DNA of 64,000 bases. It comes from Eledone cirrhosa. Lineage: Eukaryota. The notes beneath the pieces were generated by a model that searched no databases, had not been told where the DNA came from, and saw only the letters and a program-made list of their open reading frames with translations. Positions within the stretch are counted from its first letter, which is position 1. Each line of letters begins with the position of its first letter. This document shows positions 39,259 through 50,590 of this stretch, one piece after another. The DNA is taken from positions 11,036,001 through 11,100,000 of the forward strand of contig OZ024742.1 in assembly GCA_964016885.1 (NCBI GenBank). Reading direction: 5' to 3'. A program made the position numbers and the translations under genes.

Positions 39259-42200
39259 CTATCTAAGGCGGGTAAAATTCCCGAGATCCATGGACGAGTT
39301 CTCTCCAGCGGTCTCTGTCCCTCATTATCGCTGCCATATCCTGCATCTCCAACAGACCAGTGTCTGTCCTTAGGGCATCAACATATGTTAACCTTGGTCT
39401 TCCTCTTCTAGTGTGTCCATGTAGGGGCTCCCAAAGGAGCACTGAGTGCAATGTCAACTCTGGATGTCGGTGAGCATGTCCAGCCAACCTCAGTCTTCTC
39501 TGTGTCACTTTTGAGCTGACTTTTGGGATGCTCCCATACAGCTCTGAGTTTTTCATCCTCAGTGTATACTGATTAATGTTCAGAGCCATCCTCAGCATTC
39601 TCGTGTAGCACCCATCCACCATCTGAGTGAGTCTCTTGGTCAGTGTCCAAGTCTCAGACCCATACAGCAGCACAGACTCCACTACAGCAATGAAGAGGCG
39701 GATTTTCAGGTCTCTACGAAGGTCTGACTTCCACACCGATCTCAAGCTGTGACACGCCGCCCAGGCCTTGCTCTTCCTCTCAACCACATCATCTTCCGTA
39801 TTCCCAATCTTTGCTCCCAAATACAGGAAGTCCTCAACCAATTCCAGCGGCTTCCCGCCTACATTAGTGATCCCCTCTGGCTTCTCAACATTCTCTACCA
39901 GATATTTTGTTTTAGTCTCATTCATTCTCAGCCCCACACTCATCGACACAGTCTCAACCTCCCGCATCAAATCCCCTGCCTCCTTCACTGTATTTGTCAC
40001 CAAAACTATGTCGTCAGCAAACTCAGCATCCGATACCTTTTTCGCCCCAACTCTCCTGCTCTGAGCCGGTGCCACAGTAAAGCCAGAGTCCTGGTGTTTC
40101 TCCAGTGCAAGGCGCATACAATAGTCCACTACGATGATAAAAAGGTAGGGAGCCAATGTATCTCCCTGGAGCACTCCAGCCAGTATCTCAAAGAACTCTG
40201 TCATCCCATCAGGTGTAATGACTTGGGCTTTGGTGTTGGTGTAGAGCAGTGATATCAGGTCCACTATCCTCTTGGGGATTCCATAAGCCTGTAAGATCTT
40301 CATCAGGCAGTAACGGTCCACAGAATCAAAGGCCTTCCTAAAGTCAATGAAAACCATGACCGCAGGAAGGCACTTTGCTCTAGCTCCCTCTAATATCCTC
40401 CTCAGCATCAGGATGTGACTGGTGGTTGATCTACCCTCTCTGAAGCCGTTCTGGTTGTCCCTGAGCTTCTTCTCCATCTCAGGCTGGATCCTGTTAAGAA
40501 TCATCCTGTTGAGGGTCTTTGCCACAAGTGACGTCAGTGAGATCCCCCGGTAGTTGTTGGTGTTAGAGAGATCTCCCTTCTTTGGCACTGGGACGATGTT
40601 ACTGATCCTCCACTGATTCGGGGCAACTCCTTTCTCCAGTGCCCCGTTACAGAACCCCAGGATGATATCATCAAAATCACACCTCTTCATCACCTCTGAT
40701 GCCACTCCATCCTCTCCATGAGCCTTGCCCTCCTTGATCTTCTTCTTGGCTCTCCGAAGCTCCTCTCTGGTGAAGGGCTCTGTCTCAACATCCAGTTCCT
40801 CAAACAGCCGCCTGATCTCCCCAGTGCTCTGGGCTGTGGAGGGTGGCTCTCCTAGTAGGGTCCTAAAATGGTCTAGCCATTTCCTCTTCCTATCCACGGG
40901 CCCCGTTCCCTGGATCTGACTCGAACACCTTTTCTTCCTCCCTGTGATCTCGTTGATGATCATCCAGCTCTCCTTACATCCAGATCTGTCAACCGCTCTC
41001 TCCACACTTCTGATCTTCTCTATCAGTGCCTCCTCTCTGACCTCAGTGTAAGCGGTACAGAGCTCTTCCCTCATCACCTCCACAGTCTCCATCCTCTCCT
41101 CCGTAGGATCAGCATAGAATTGGTCCCTGGCAGCTTTCAGGTGTTCTCTGGCTGCACACACTTTTGGGTTTGCAGAGCTGACGTGCTTCCATTTGTTCTT
41201 TTTCCTCGGCACCAGGGTTTCACTTGCTTTCGCCACTGCATTGGTGAAGTGCCCGTACCCCCTCGTCACACTCTCCTCAGTCCATCCAATCTCTCTCTCC
41301 TCTGACTCTCCACACAGAGCACTAAACCTGTTTCTCACTTCCACTGTGAACCTCTCCTGTAGCTTATCATCTTCCCTGAAAGCTCCCCAGTCATAGATTG
41401 TTCTCCGGGGCTGAGCCTTGCTCTTTCTTAAGCTCACGCGGACCTCACTCATAACAAGCCGGTGGTCACTACCCAGTGTACTGAAATAGCTGTATGGTTC
41501 CGTGTTCAGAACACTATTCCGCCACTTTTTCCTCACCAGAATGAAATCAATCTGGGACTTGGACAGGTGCATATCTGAGATGTAGGTCCACATCTTCCCC
41601 AGATTCTTCCTAAACCTTAGGTTGGTCGCCATCAAGTTCGCCTCCAGCAGGGTGTCTCTCAGTAGTCTTCCATTTCGGTTGGTGTTGTTATGGAAGTACC
41701 AGCAAGGATCTTCACTGCCCTCCTTACTCAGATGTGCATTGAAGTCCCCCAAAACAAGCAGGATATTGTGTGCCTGAGTGGTGTTGACAGCTCTACACAC
41801 CTCCTCATGGAACTCCTCGGCATTCACATCACTGTCCCCCTCGGTTGGACTATAGGCTGAGATGACTGTCAGTCTTGGGTTTCCATTGAAGGTCACCCTC
41901 AACACTCGCGGGGAGATAGGCATTATTTCCCTCACCAACAGATTGGTTTTTGCACTGAACACAAAACCCACTCCTCCTACTGCAGCGTTTGTTGTGTTCT
42001 TCACTGCCGATGTAGTGATGAGCTGGCTCTTCCTCCCGATCATCACACTCCTCACGGGCTCATCGTGTAGAATCCTGTGTTCTTGGATCGCAAGTATCTG
42101 TATACCACTCTCCTCGAACAGATGTCCCAACTCCTCTCTCTTCTCCAGCGTTCGAATAGTCCTCACATTCAAAGTGCCCATTTTGATGGCTCTTCTGCAG

Positions 42201-42572
42201 GACAAAACTGCATTCTTTATATTTGTCTCAGAGACAGCTGATCCATCATCCACTGGCCCTCTCTGTGGCTCTAAGCCAGCAGAGTCATAACGACCAGGCT
42301 GATCCTTGACAGTGTAATTAGGGGCTCTAACCCTAGTGCTGTTAGATCGACTCTCCATATTTCTTTTCAATGGCTGACAATACCTTACCGGCGCCACTCG
42401 AGTAAGGTAGTTATTTAACCCATAACTGGAGCCCTAACAGGTAATACCACCCCGGGCCAGGGCAGACCTGGGAGTCATGACAACTAAGGGGTAACTCCAC
42501 ATTCCCCACATCTCCTGAACTCCCGAACTGGAGCCTTGCCACTGGATGTAGTTTAATGTCATACCCAGGACA
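39255..42572 (-). mobile_element. Full-length RTE-clade non-LTR retrotransposon inserted in (TA)n/(CA)n
   Basis: Single long ORF, ~200-bp 5' UTR, stop codon followed directly by a (TAGA)(TA)n tail. Confidence 0.92.
39263..42397 (-). CDS. APE endonuclease + reverse transcriptase polyprotein (1044 codons; first ATG at 42358)
   Basis: GTLNVRT, AIQEHR, LGDFNA, IDFIL, SDH (APE); PVPKKGD..NYRGISL, QNGFR, FIDFRKAFDSV, GVLQGDTLAPYLF, FADD, FLYLG, LLYGSETW, RLRLAGH (RTE-type RT and C-terminus); no internal stops. Confidence 0.96.
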   Translation of the reverse strand: MAPVRYCQPLKRNMESRSNSTRVRAPNYTVKDQPGRYDSAGLEPQRGPVDDGSAVSETNIKNAVLSCRRAIKMGTLNVRTIRTLEKREELGHLFEESGIQILAIQEHRILHDEPVRSVMIGRKSQLITTSAVKNTTNAAVGGVGFVFSAKTNLLVREIMPISPRVLRVTFNGNPRLTVISAYSPTEGDSDVNAEEFHEEVCRAVNTTQAHNILLVLGDFNAHLSKEGSEDPCWYFHNNTNRNGRLLRDTLLEANLMATNLRFRKNLGKMWTYISDMHLSKSQIDFILVRKKWRNSVLNTEPYSYFSTLGSDHRLVMSEVRVSLRKSKAQPRRTIYDWGAFREDDKLQERFTVEVRNRFSALCGESEEREIGWTEESVTRGYGHFTNAVAKASETLVPRKKNKWKHVSSANPKVCAAREHLKAARDQFYADPTEERMETVEVMREELCTAYTEVREEALIEKIRSVERAVDRSGCKESWMIINEITGRKKRCSSQIQGTGPVDRKRKWLDHFRTLLGEPPSTAQSTGEIRRLFEELDVETEPFTREELRRAKKKIKEGKAHGEDGVASEVMKRCDFDDIILGFCNGALEKGVAPNQWRISNIVPVPKKGDLSNTNNYRGISLTSLVAKTLNRMILNRIQPEMEKKLRDNQNGFREGRSTTSHILMLRRILEGARAKCLPAVMVFIDFRKAFDSVDRYCLMKILQAYGIPKRIVDLISLLYTNTKAQVITPDGMTEFFEILAGVLQGDTLAPYLFIIVVDYCMRLALEKHQDSGFTVAPAQSRRVGAKKVSDAEFADDIVLVTNTVKEAGDLMREVETVSMSVGLRMNETKTKYLVENVEKPEGITNVGGKPLELVEDFLYLGAKIGNTEDDVVERKSKAWAACHSLRSVWKSDLRRDLKIRLFIAVVESVLLYGSETWTLTKRLTQMVDGCYTRMLRMALNINQYTLRMKNSELYGSIPKVSSKVTQRRLRLAGHAHRHPELTLHSVLLWEPLHGHTRRGRPRLTYVDALRTDTGLLEMQDMAAIMRDRDRWRELVHGSREFYPP

Positions 42573-42583
42573 TATATATATAC

Positions 42584-42709
<126 letters not shown>

Positions 42710-42714
42710 ACACG

Positions 42715-42752
<38 letters not shown>

Positions 42753-42791
42753 CATATACATATTTGCACCTCTGTGTTTGTTTTGTTTATC

Positions 42792-42896
<105 letters not shown>

Positions 42897-43317
42897 GATA
42901 GATATATAGAGAGATAGAGAGATAGAGAAGTAGTATGATGGTGTAGACACATATCTTCTACGGCTGATTAAATAGCATATGTTAGTTTGGTATCAAGTGT
43001 TAATTGTTGGCTTATTGTTCTAGTTGTTGTTAAAGTTGGGATGGAGGGATTATTGGCTCCTCTCGAGAGCAACATACTTAATACGATGTAAAGGATACAT
43101 AAATATACACACAGGAATATATATACACTCACACACACATATATATATATATATATATAATAGACACACACATATATTTGTGTGTGTGTGTGTGTGTGTG
43201 TGTTATTACAGCTTACGCCTATGGAGGCTTAGCTGACCCCCTACGCGGTTGCGTTAATGACAGAGGCCCCAGTCCCATGACATACACGTGCGCGTGCACG
43301 CATGCGTAAACCCACTC

Positions 43318-43376
<59 letters not shown>

Positions 43377-43688
43377 TATATGTGTATGTGTGTGTATATA
43401 AACACAAAGGGTATGGTGAACATTCTTGAAGGGGCGCGCTCAGCATGTCTAGATAGGATACATATTTGCTCTCTGAATATAGCGATACTCGGAAACAATA
43501 CATAAAAACATTATCCAGTCGAGGTTATTCTAACAATTTCAAGTTCTAAACTTCTATTAGAGGTGTACAGGTGTTGGAAAACATCCAAGGGACATAACCC
43601 CTATAGCCTCAATTGATATAAGTTTCAGGGAACAATTTAAGACACAGTAGTGGAAGTGAGCCTTGATTATAAGCCAGCTTGGAGAAAG

Positions 43689-43730
43689 CAACCGACATAT
43701 TTCGGCCTTTGTTAGACCTCTTCAGGTGAA
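43689..43730 (-). ncRNA. Solitary minimal hammerhead relic
   Basis: CTGAAGA-GGTC TAACAAA GGCC-GAAA-TATG-TC; stem I poorly paired. Confidence 0.5.
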
Positions 43731-43924
43731 TATACTTCTTTGATGATATTTAGTTTTATTGCTTTGATCTCCAAATATTTTGACATTTTAATGTTTCACC
43801 GCAGTTTGTCATGTTGTTGTTGTTGCTGTCGTTTAGAACAGATCAGTCTCGATTGATCAAAGATGTTTTATCTATGATCATCCTTCATTTTGGTGTATCT
43901 ATAGTTTGGGATTCTGGCCTAGAC

Positions 43925-44085
43925 ATAAGGCCATCAAGTATATTACTGGTACTTTACTTCATCGACCCCGTAAGGATGAAATACAAAGCTTACCTCGGTG
44001 GGATTTGAAGTCAGAAAGTAAAGGGACATAACTATATGCCACAAAGCATGTTGTTCGACGCTCTACCGATTACCGCCAAGCCACA
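43925..44085 (-). mobile_element. tRNA-derived SINE
   Basis: Reverse complement of the 30441 family. Confidence 0.82.
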
Positions 44086-44404
44086 ACCATGGTGTATTTA
44101 TAATTATATTTTTAATTTCTCTTTTTACAATTCGTCAGGGATTTATTTGTTATATTTACCAGGTAGAGCTACAAGAGACACGACTTCATCGTTTTAGATA
44201 AACTTAGTTGTAACCCTTCCACAGAAGACATATCGCTCCTCTAACAAATCTCTCTACATAGATTGAGTCTAAGGGAAGCAGTTGTGGTATAGAAAGTGTC
44301 TTTGGCATTTAAACTCAGCTGAGCCAGTACCTCTCCAGGTTTTTATTTACATAGTCTATTTTGTCTTATGATATACGCAACAAATATTCACAGTACAAGC
44401 TGTA

Positions 44405-44653
44405 AAGTGGTTGGTGTTAGGAAGGCATCCAGCTGTGGAAATCTTGTCAAAGGTTTGGGAGGACTCCCCAGTTTGTATGAAATGACAACTTCTCCTCTGC
44501 ACTCGATAGTACATATGACCGTATATAAGTGAGATGCTGACGCCTCAGCATGTCTGGGTGGTCAGTAGCACTATTTCATTACTGACTTTGTCTATGTAGA
44601 CCTGTCCAACCTTGGCTAGCAGGGAGGGCGGACTTTAAACGATGATGATGATG
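44405..44653 (+). mobile_element. Degenerate SINE/LINE-tail element ending in (GAT)n
   Basis: GTGGTTGGTGTTAGGAAGGCATCCAGC..GCGGACTTTAAACGATGATGATG; the tail resembles the RTE 3' end at 56810-56880. Confidence 0.6.
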
Positions 44654-45026
44654 CAAGGTAGAGAAAATATGAGGGATAGAAGAATTGAGAAAGCATACGG
44701 AGAAAGAATGCCCCCGCCCCAAGGCTGAACTGGTATTTCATTTATCGATCTCTAAATGATGAAGAACAAAGTATTCTATCTGATGTTCTAACGACTCTGT
44801 CAACTCGCCACCTACGTAAATATATACAGGGTCCCGTAAATCCCGAAGGAGTCGTAGAGACACCATAGTGACATACGGCGTTTCTAGGGCTTTAAAACCT
44901 AGCGCAACTCATCTCTTCTCCAGACATGAATATAGAAAATTTCTATCAGAGAAGGAGAGATAGAGTGTGAGAAAATGGAAGTGAGAAAGAGATATAATGA
45001 TATAGAGAAAAAAAGGAGTCCAGCAC

Positions 45027-45313
<287 letters not shown>

Positions 45314-45419
45314 TAATTTAAATAAACCGTTATCTTTTCAACCTTTCGGACACTCATTTGCATACTCACTCATAATTTTGTATCACCCTCAATAAATGTA
45401 ATATCTCCACTATCCAGGA

Positions 45420-45660
45420 AGCTCCAACCGTTAAGGTGGTCTTTTTTCCGGGTATGTCAATATTTATTTATAAAACAAATTTGTATTTTATCTGATGAAA
45501 GCGCACCATAATTTGTCTTGGTTTTCCTTGAAATATGTATAATAAAATAAATATGGTTTTATAAATATAGTTTCCATTTATTAATATATTGTATATTTAT
45601 CCATTAAACTGTTGAGTGCTTTATATCAGTTATGAAAAAATTTAAATTAAATATAACCTC

Positions 45661-45663
<3 letters not shown>
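45420..45663 (+). mobile_element. Family C element, second copy (HHR at 45484-45549, stem II decayed)
   Basis: Colinear with 34575-34753 and continues into the tail seen inverted at 34396-34480. Confidence 0.8.
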
Positions 45664-45696
<33 letters not shown>

Positions 45697-45703
<7 letters not shown>

Positions 45704-46405
45704 AAAAATAAACAAAGAAGCCTTCAATTCATCAAAAATCTTTATTTGCTGACAATGTTTCGTCCCATTAATAAGGACTCATCAGAGCAAGGAAAAAGAC
45801 AAGAAGTATTAACGGCCAGTTGACTTTACATGATACGTAGGATGAATTTTTATATATTTTTTTAATGTCAATATATTTTTTTCATTGATTTTGGTATTGT
45901 TTAATCACACCGTCAGGGTGATTATTCTATTATAATGCTTATATTTATATTTGTGTTATTATGTGTATGTGTAAATGTGTATATATATGTGTCAGAGTGA
46001 GTGTGGATGTATATATATATATATATATATAAAGTTTTATTTCTGTATTATCTATTGTATTGTATTGTATATTATAATTCTCACATTGTATTACCATGTT
46101 GTATTTCTAGTATTAGACTTATATTGTACTTGTAACGTGGGTTTGTTTAATGTCTTGCCTGCACTCTTGCCCTATAGTCTTTATTTACAAATGCACCCTA
46201 TTAGATTTAGCATGTCTTTCCATGATAATTTTCCCAAATTTTCATAAATATCAATTAGCTGTTCTTCTGAGTGTTGGCTTGTTCTGGCCGTTAATACTTC
46301 TTGTCTTTTTCCTTGCTCTAATGAGCCCTTATTAATGGGACGAAACATTGTCAGCAAATAAAGATTTTTGATGAATTGAAGGCTTCTTTGTTTATTATTT
46401 ATATA
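45697..46405. mobile_element. Family D fold-back element with ~120-bp inverted arms, each with an HHR
   Basis: Arms 45697-45819 / 46284-46405. Confidence 0.85.
45746..45790 (-). ncRNA. Canonical type I hammerhead ribozyme (family D)
   Basis: TTGCT-CTGATGA-GTCC TTATTAATG GGAC-GAAA-CATTG-TC-AGCAA; full core with a GUC site. Confidence 0.88.
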
Positions 46406-46517
46406 ATTTTTCGGCTCTGTTGGATAACATTGAGCTATATCTTATACTGTCATATCTCTAATACGACGAGTGTGTTTAACTCTAATGCACTCAAGTATTT
46501 TTATCTTATATATATAT

Positions 46518-47155
46518 ATATATTGGTAAAAGGAAAAGAAAATGCTGGCAAATTGTTCCCAGTGAAAAATAGTTTAATTAGGAATAAGTAAAAATTAGTA
46601 ATAAGATTTGGTTAGTATTCAGTTTTGGTTTTAAGTTTTTACCGGTTGCGCATTTCTAATGCTTTTCGACTGCAATTCACATACACATACCTACTGACTA
46701 TTATCACAACAATGAACCTCTTTACTACTACTACACACACACACACATATTTGTCTTAAAAAACTTATTTTTCAGTGAATCAGCCGAGACAAACCTACAT
46801 TTGGCGCAAAATCAATTTTTAACATTCACATGACCTCTACCGACCAATCAAAATTGTTTTGACCACAAGAATTTTTGCAACACGAATTGGCGCGAAACTT
46901 ATTTTAATACATCTGAAGCCACTTTTTTCACATAAAACAGGTAGAATTTCCAAAACTAATCAGATTAGAGCAAACATCACGGCGCTCTATTTGAAAATTA
47001 TTTTTGAAAAGCATTAGAAATGCGCAACCGGTAAAAACTTAAAACCAAAACTGAATACTAACCAATACTTATTACTCATTTTTACTTATTCCTAATTAAA
47101 CTATTTTTCACTGGGAACAATTTTTCAGCATTTTCTTTTCCTTTTACCAATATAT
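46518..47155 (+). mobile_element. Family E fold-back element with 150-bp inverted arms and a variant HHR-like core
   Basis: Arms 46518-46667 / 47006-47155; TTT-TTGAAAA-GCA TTAGAAA TGC-GCAA-CCGG-TA-AAA at 47001-47036. Confidence 0.75.
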
Positions 47156-47185
47156 CATAACTCGTGTGTTACACCTCTATTCTTT

Positions 47186-47255
<70 letters not shown>

Positions 47256-47889
47256 TATGAAACGAAAGGAGCTGTGTGGTTAGTAAAAACAAGGTTTAGG
47301 ATGGTGGTTAGAACGGAACAGGAGGAGAAAGGAAGAAAGGAGTTTCCATCGTCAGCTGTAAATGTTTCCCGAACCGATGTTTCGGCGCTGAATTACACGA
47401 CATCGGTGTAGTTCGGGGGCGCCCGAGGCCTTTTTATTAATCAAAAGGCCAGGTGGAAAAGGAGGGAGAAAGAGAGAAAAAAAGGGGAGAAAAAAGGAGA
47501 GAGAAAAGGAAAGAGAGGGAAAGGAAGAAGAACAGGGGGAAAAGGATGAGGAGAGAGGAAGAAAAGGGGAAAGGAAAAGGAGTAGGAGAACAAAAATATA
47601 TATATATATAGTGAGTTAGAAACTCTGAGTAGTCTCTTACAATTAAATAGCTCTAAGATAAAAGCTTTTCCGAGCCGTACAATATAATTCATCTCTCTTT
47701 ATTATATATATATAACAAAGGAATTGTGGTAATGAACCAGATGAACCATAACGCACCAGAGCACTCAATACTTAGGGTAGTAGAGTGGGAAATAGGAAAA
47801 AGATATGACCCCGACGGCAGAGCTCAAGCCGTTTCGACGGCTATTTCTGGACTAAATTAGAATTTTTAGCCTGGTGAATAAATAGCCGA

Positions 47890-48774
47890 ACATCCTGGAA
47901 ACATCACCAATAACCTGGTTAAAAACATCTCCCTCCGCATATCTCGTTTGTCTGCTAATGAGCAGATATTCGACGAACACGAGCCTCATTACAATCAGGC
48001 CCTCATGTGGAGTGGCTTCCGGGAGGAAATATCCTTTTATCCAGCTTCCCCTAGCGGATCCAGCAGGCGACACCGCCGCTCACGCAACGTAACGTTGTTC
48101 AATCCTCCCCATAATGCCGAGGCGGCAACACCTATCGGGAAAATCTTCTTTAGACTCCTCGAAAACCACTTCCCACTACAACACCGCTACCACAACATAA
48201 TCAACAAAAACATCATCAAACTCTCCCACAGCACCACACCTAACTTCGCACAAAACATCGTCTCCTCAAACAACAAAAAACTTAACCCCTATGGAAGAAA
48301 TAACCTAGACATCAGTGGAGAGCCGACCAGGAGATGTAACTGCCCTGATAGATCTACGTGAGCCTCAACAACAAATGCTGAGAACGTAACGTGATCTACC
48401 AGTGCAACGTGAGGACGGACACCTCCAACAAAGCTTATATAGGATTAACCGCGTGTGACTTCAAGACCCGGCTCTACCAACACCGACATACTTTCCGTAA
48501 CCCGGTCCGGCGACATGCCACTACACTTTCAGACCACATCTGGGACCTCCAAGATAATAATATAACCTACAATCTCACTTGGAGCTTACTTTCCAAAGTT
48601 AACTCTTACATGGGAGGACGCCGTCCGTGTAACTTATGCTCGGAGGAAACATTACAAATGTTGTTTTCGAAGGACCAACTCCTAAACAAGAAAGAGGAAC
48701 TGGTAACCGCATGCAAACACAGTTTGCGTAGGACTTACCTCGCCCTCAAACTCCATAACGACCCGGGTGGGTAG
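47890..48774 (+). pseudogene. PLE RT C-terminus + GIY-YIG endonuclease (disrupted)
   Basis: LFNPPH..IGKIFFRLL..HFP..HRYHNII, CNC, VIYQCNV..AYIGLT..FKTRLYQH, CNLCSEE..LLNKKEE..CKH. Confidence 0.92.
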
Positions 48775-49454
48775 ACAAGGGCTGATACCTCCCTACTTGC
48801 CGAATAAGTTAGGGGAAACCCCAGCTTACTTAGGTAGATGTTTCTCTTTTCTTTTCTTTTCTTCTTTGTCTTCTTCTTCCCCCCGTTTCTTTCCACCCCC
48901 TATTTTCTTCCTCGTCTGCTTTTCCCCTTCGCCTACCGCGATGCAGCCCATCGGGCCTCTGTAGCATCAGTTCCCCCACCCCTGTAATTTTAAGATAGAA
49001 TTGGCCGAATACGTTTTTCTAACTACTTATAGCAGACGTGTTAAACCCCTTTAATTCTGTATCAGTTCTGGTACTACTCAATTTCTACAAGTGTTTTCTA
49101 TTCTCACCTTATTAACCTGTAATTGTAAGATAGCATTGTGATTTTTTTTTATTCATTTCTCACTATCTAATTTTATATATTTTTTTTTATTTATTTCTAT
49201 TATCTTTTATTGTCTCCTACTCTCATTCGATTTACCTATTTTATAACCTCCCTCTTCCAATTCATATACTATACTTAGAATCTGCTGTATACATACCACT
49301 CTCAACGCTTGACCGCTCCACTCACTCCCCTATTGTTCTACAGGCAAGTTCAGCCACCCCTACCTCCCACCAAATGCCATGATAGACTTATTTGTGTTTA
49401 CAACAAATTTTAACCAATCCTCTTGACACATACAATCTTCCCATATAAGGAAGT

Positions 49455-49553
49455 ACCCCCTTGAAAAGTTTGGCTATTTATTCACCAGGCTAAAAATTCT
49501 AATTTAGTCCAGAAATAGCCGTCGAAACAGCTTGAGTTCTGCCGTCGGGGTCA
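49455..49553 (+). ncRNA. Hammerhead of family A with U3-A8 core and long stem II
   Basis: CCCC-TTGAAAA-GTTTGGCTATTT..AAATAGCCGTC-GAAA-CAGC..GCCG-TC-GGGG. Confidence 0.6.
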
Positions 49554-49566
49554 TATATTTTTCCTA

Positions 49567-49597
<31 letters not shown>

Positions 49598-49654
49598 CAC
49601 GAATGAAACAGTTCTAGTGCTGTAGAAGCTTTTCTATATATATATATATATATA

Positions 49655-49905
49655 TAGGAAAATGTATGACCCCGACGGCAGAGCTCAAGCCGTCTCGATA
49701 TATATATAACGAAGGAGTTGGCCATAACGCACCAGAGTACTCAATACTTAGGGTAGTAGAGTGGGTAATAGGAGAAAGTATGACCCAGACGGCAGAGCTC
49801 AAGCCGTTTCGACGGCTATTTCTGGGCTAAATTAAACTCTAATTTAGTCCAGAAATAGTCGTCGAAACGGCTTGAGCTCTGCCGTCGGGGTCATACTCTC
49901 TCCTA
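49655..49905 (-). mobile_element. Family A fold-back derivative(s)
   Basis: Tail plus a long hairpin centred near 49836. Confidence 0.85.
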
Positions 49906-50159
49906 TATATATATATATATCCCACCGACCACACGTTGGCGGAGGGACAAATATTTTGCCTAGCTTTTGTCGTCATTTCATTCCCCTTCATCATCTTCTT
50001 ATTAACTCTTAATCTTCCTCATCCCTTCCTCCTTCCACTTCCTTCTCCCCCCCTTCCCCCCTATCCACTTTTTACTCTCTGTATGACGTTCTCATAATGA
50101 CGTTCCTCCCCATTTTGTTCTAAATCTACCATAAACGTCGGTACCTATATCTAAACATT

Positions 50160-50224
<65 letters not shown>

Positions 50225-50227
<3 letters not shown>

Positions 50228-50420
50228 GTTTTAATATAGATGAGATTCTACAGGACTAGAACTGTTTCATTCATTAGAAATCATCAGGGATTCCTGATGA
50301 TTTCTAATGAATGAAACAGTTCTAGTCCTGTAGAATCTCATCTATATTAAAACTATTATACTCTGCTATGTATTGAGTACCTTACTTACTGTGGTTACCT
50401 CCGATTCAACCCGGAATAAC

Positions 50421-50421
<1 letters not shown>
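50225..50421 (+). mobile_element. Family F: perfect 64-bp-arm palindrome of two head-to-head HHRs plus 3' tail
   Basis: Arms 50225-50288 / 50293-50356; related pieces at 49600-49632 and 55410-55540. Confidence 0.85.
50289..50337 (+). ncRNA. Type I hammerhead ribozyme (family F)
   Basis: GATTC-CTGATGA-TTTC TAAT GAAT-GAAA-CAG TTCTAGTC CTG-TA-GAATC. Confidence 0.8.
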
Positions 50422-50455
<34 letters not shown>

Positions 50456-50478
50456 CATGTGTACATACATATACATGT

Positions 50479-50569
<91 letters not shown>

Positions 50570-50590
50570 TGAATACATACATACATACAT

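Larger units (their letters stand above)
47713..49567 (+). mobile_element. 5'-truncated Penelope-like element (family A parent) with inverted pLTR
   Basis: ~47790-47890 is the inverted copy of 49470-49567; encloses RT-thumb/linker/GIY-YIG remnants. Confidence 0.9.

Noticed and set aside
39749-42290. Plus-strand ORFs overlapping the RTE
   Set aside because: Antisense shadows of the RT ORF
47340-47455. GC-rich hairpins with CTGACGA and GAAAC on the minus strand
   Set aside because: Motif order and stems do not assemble into a hammerhead
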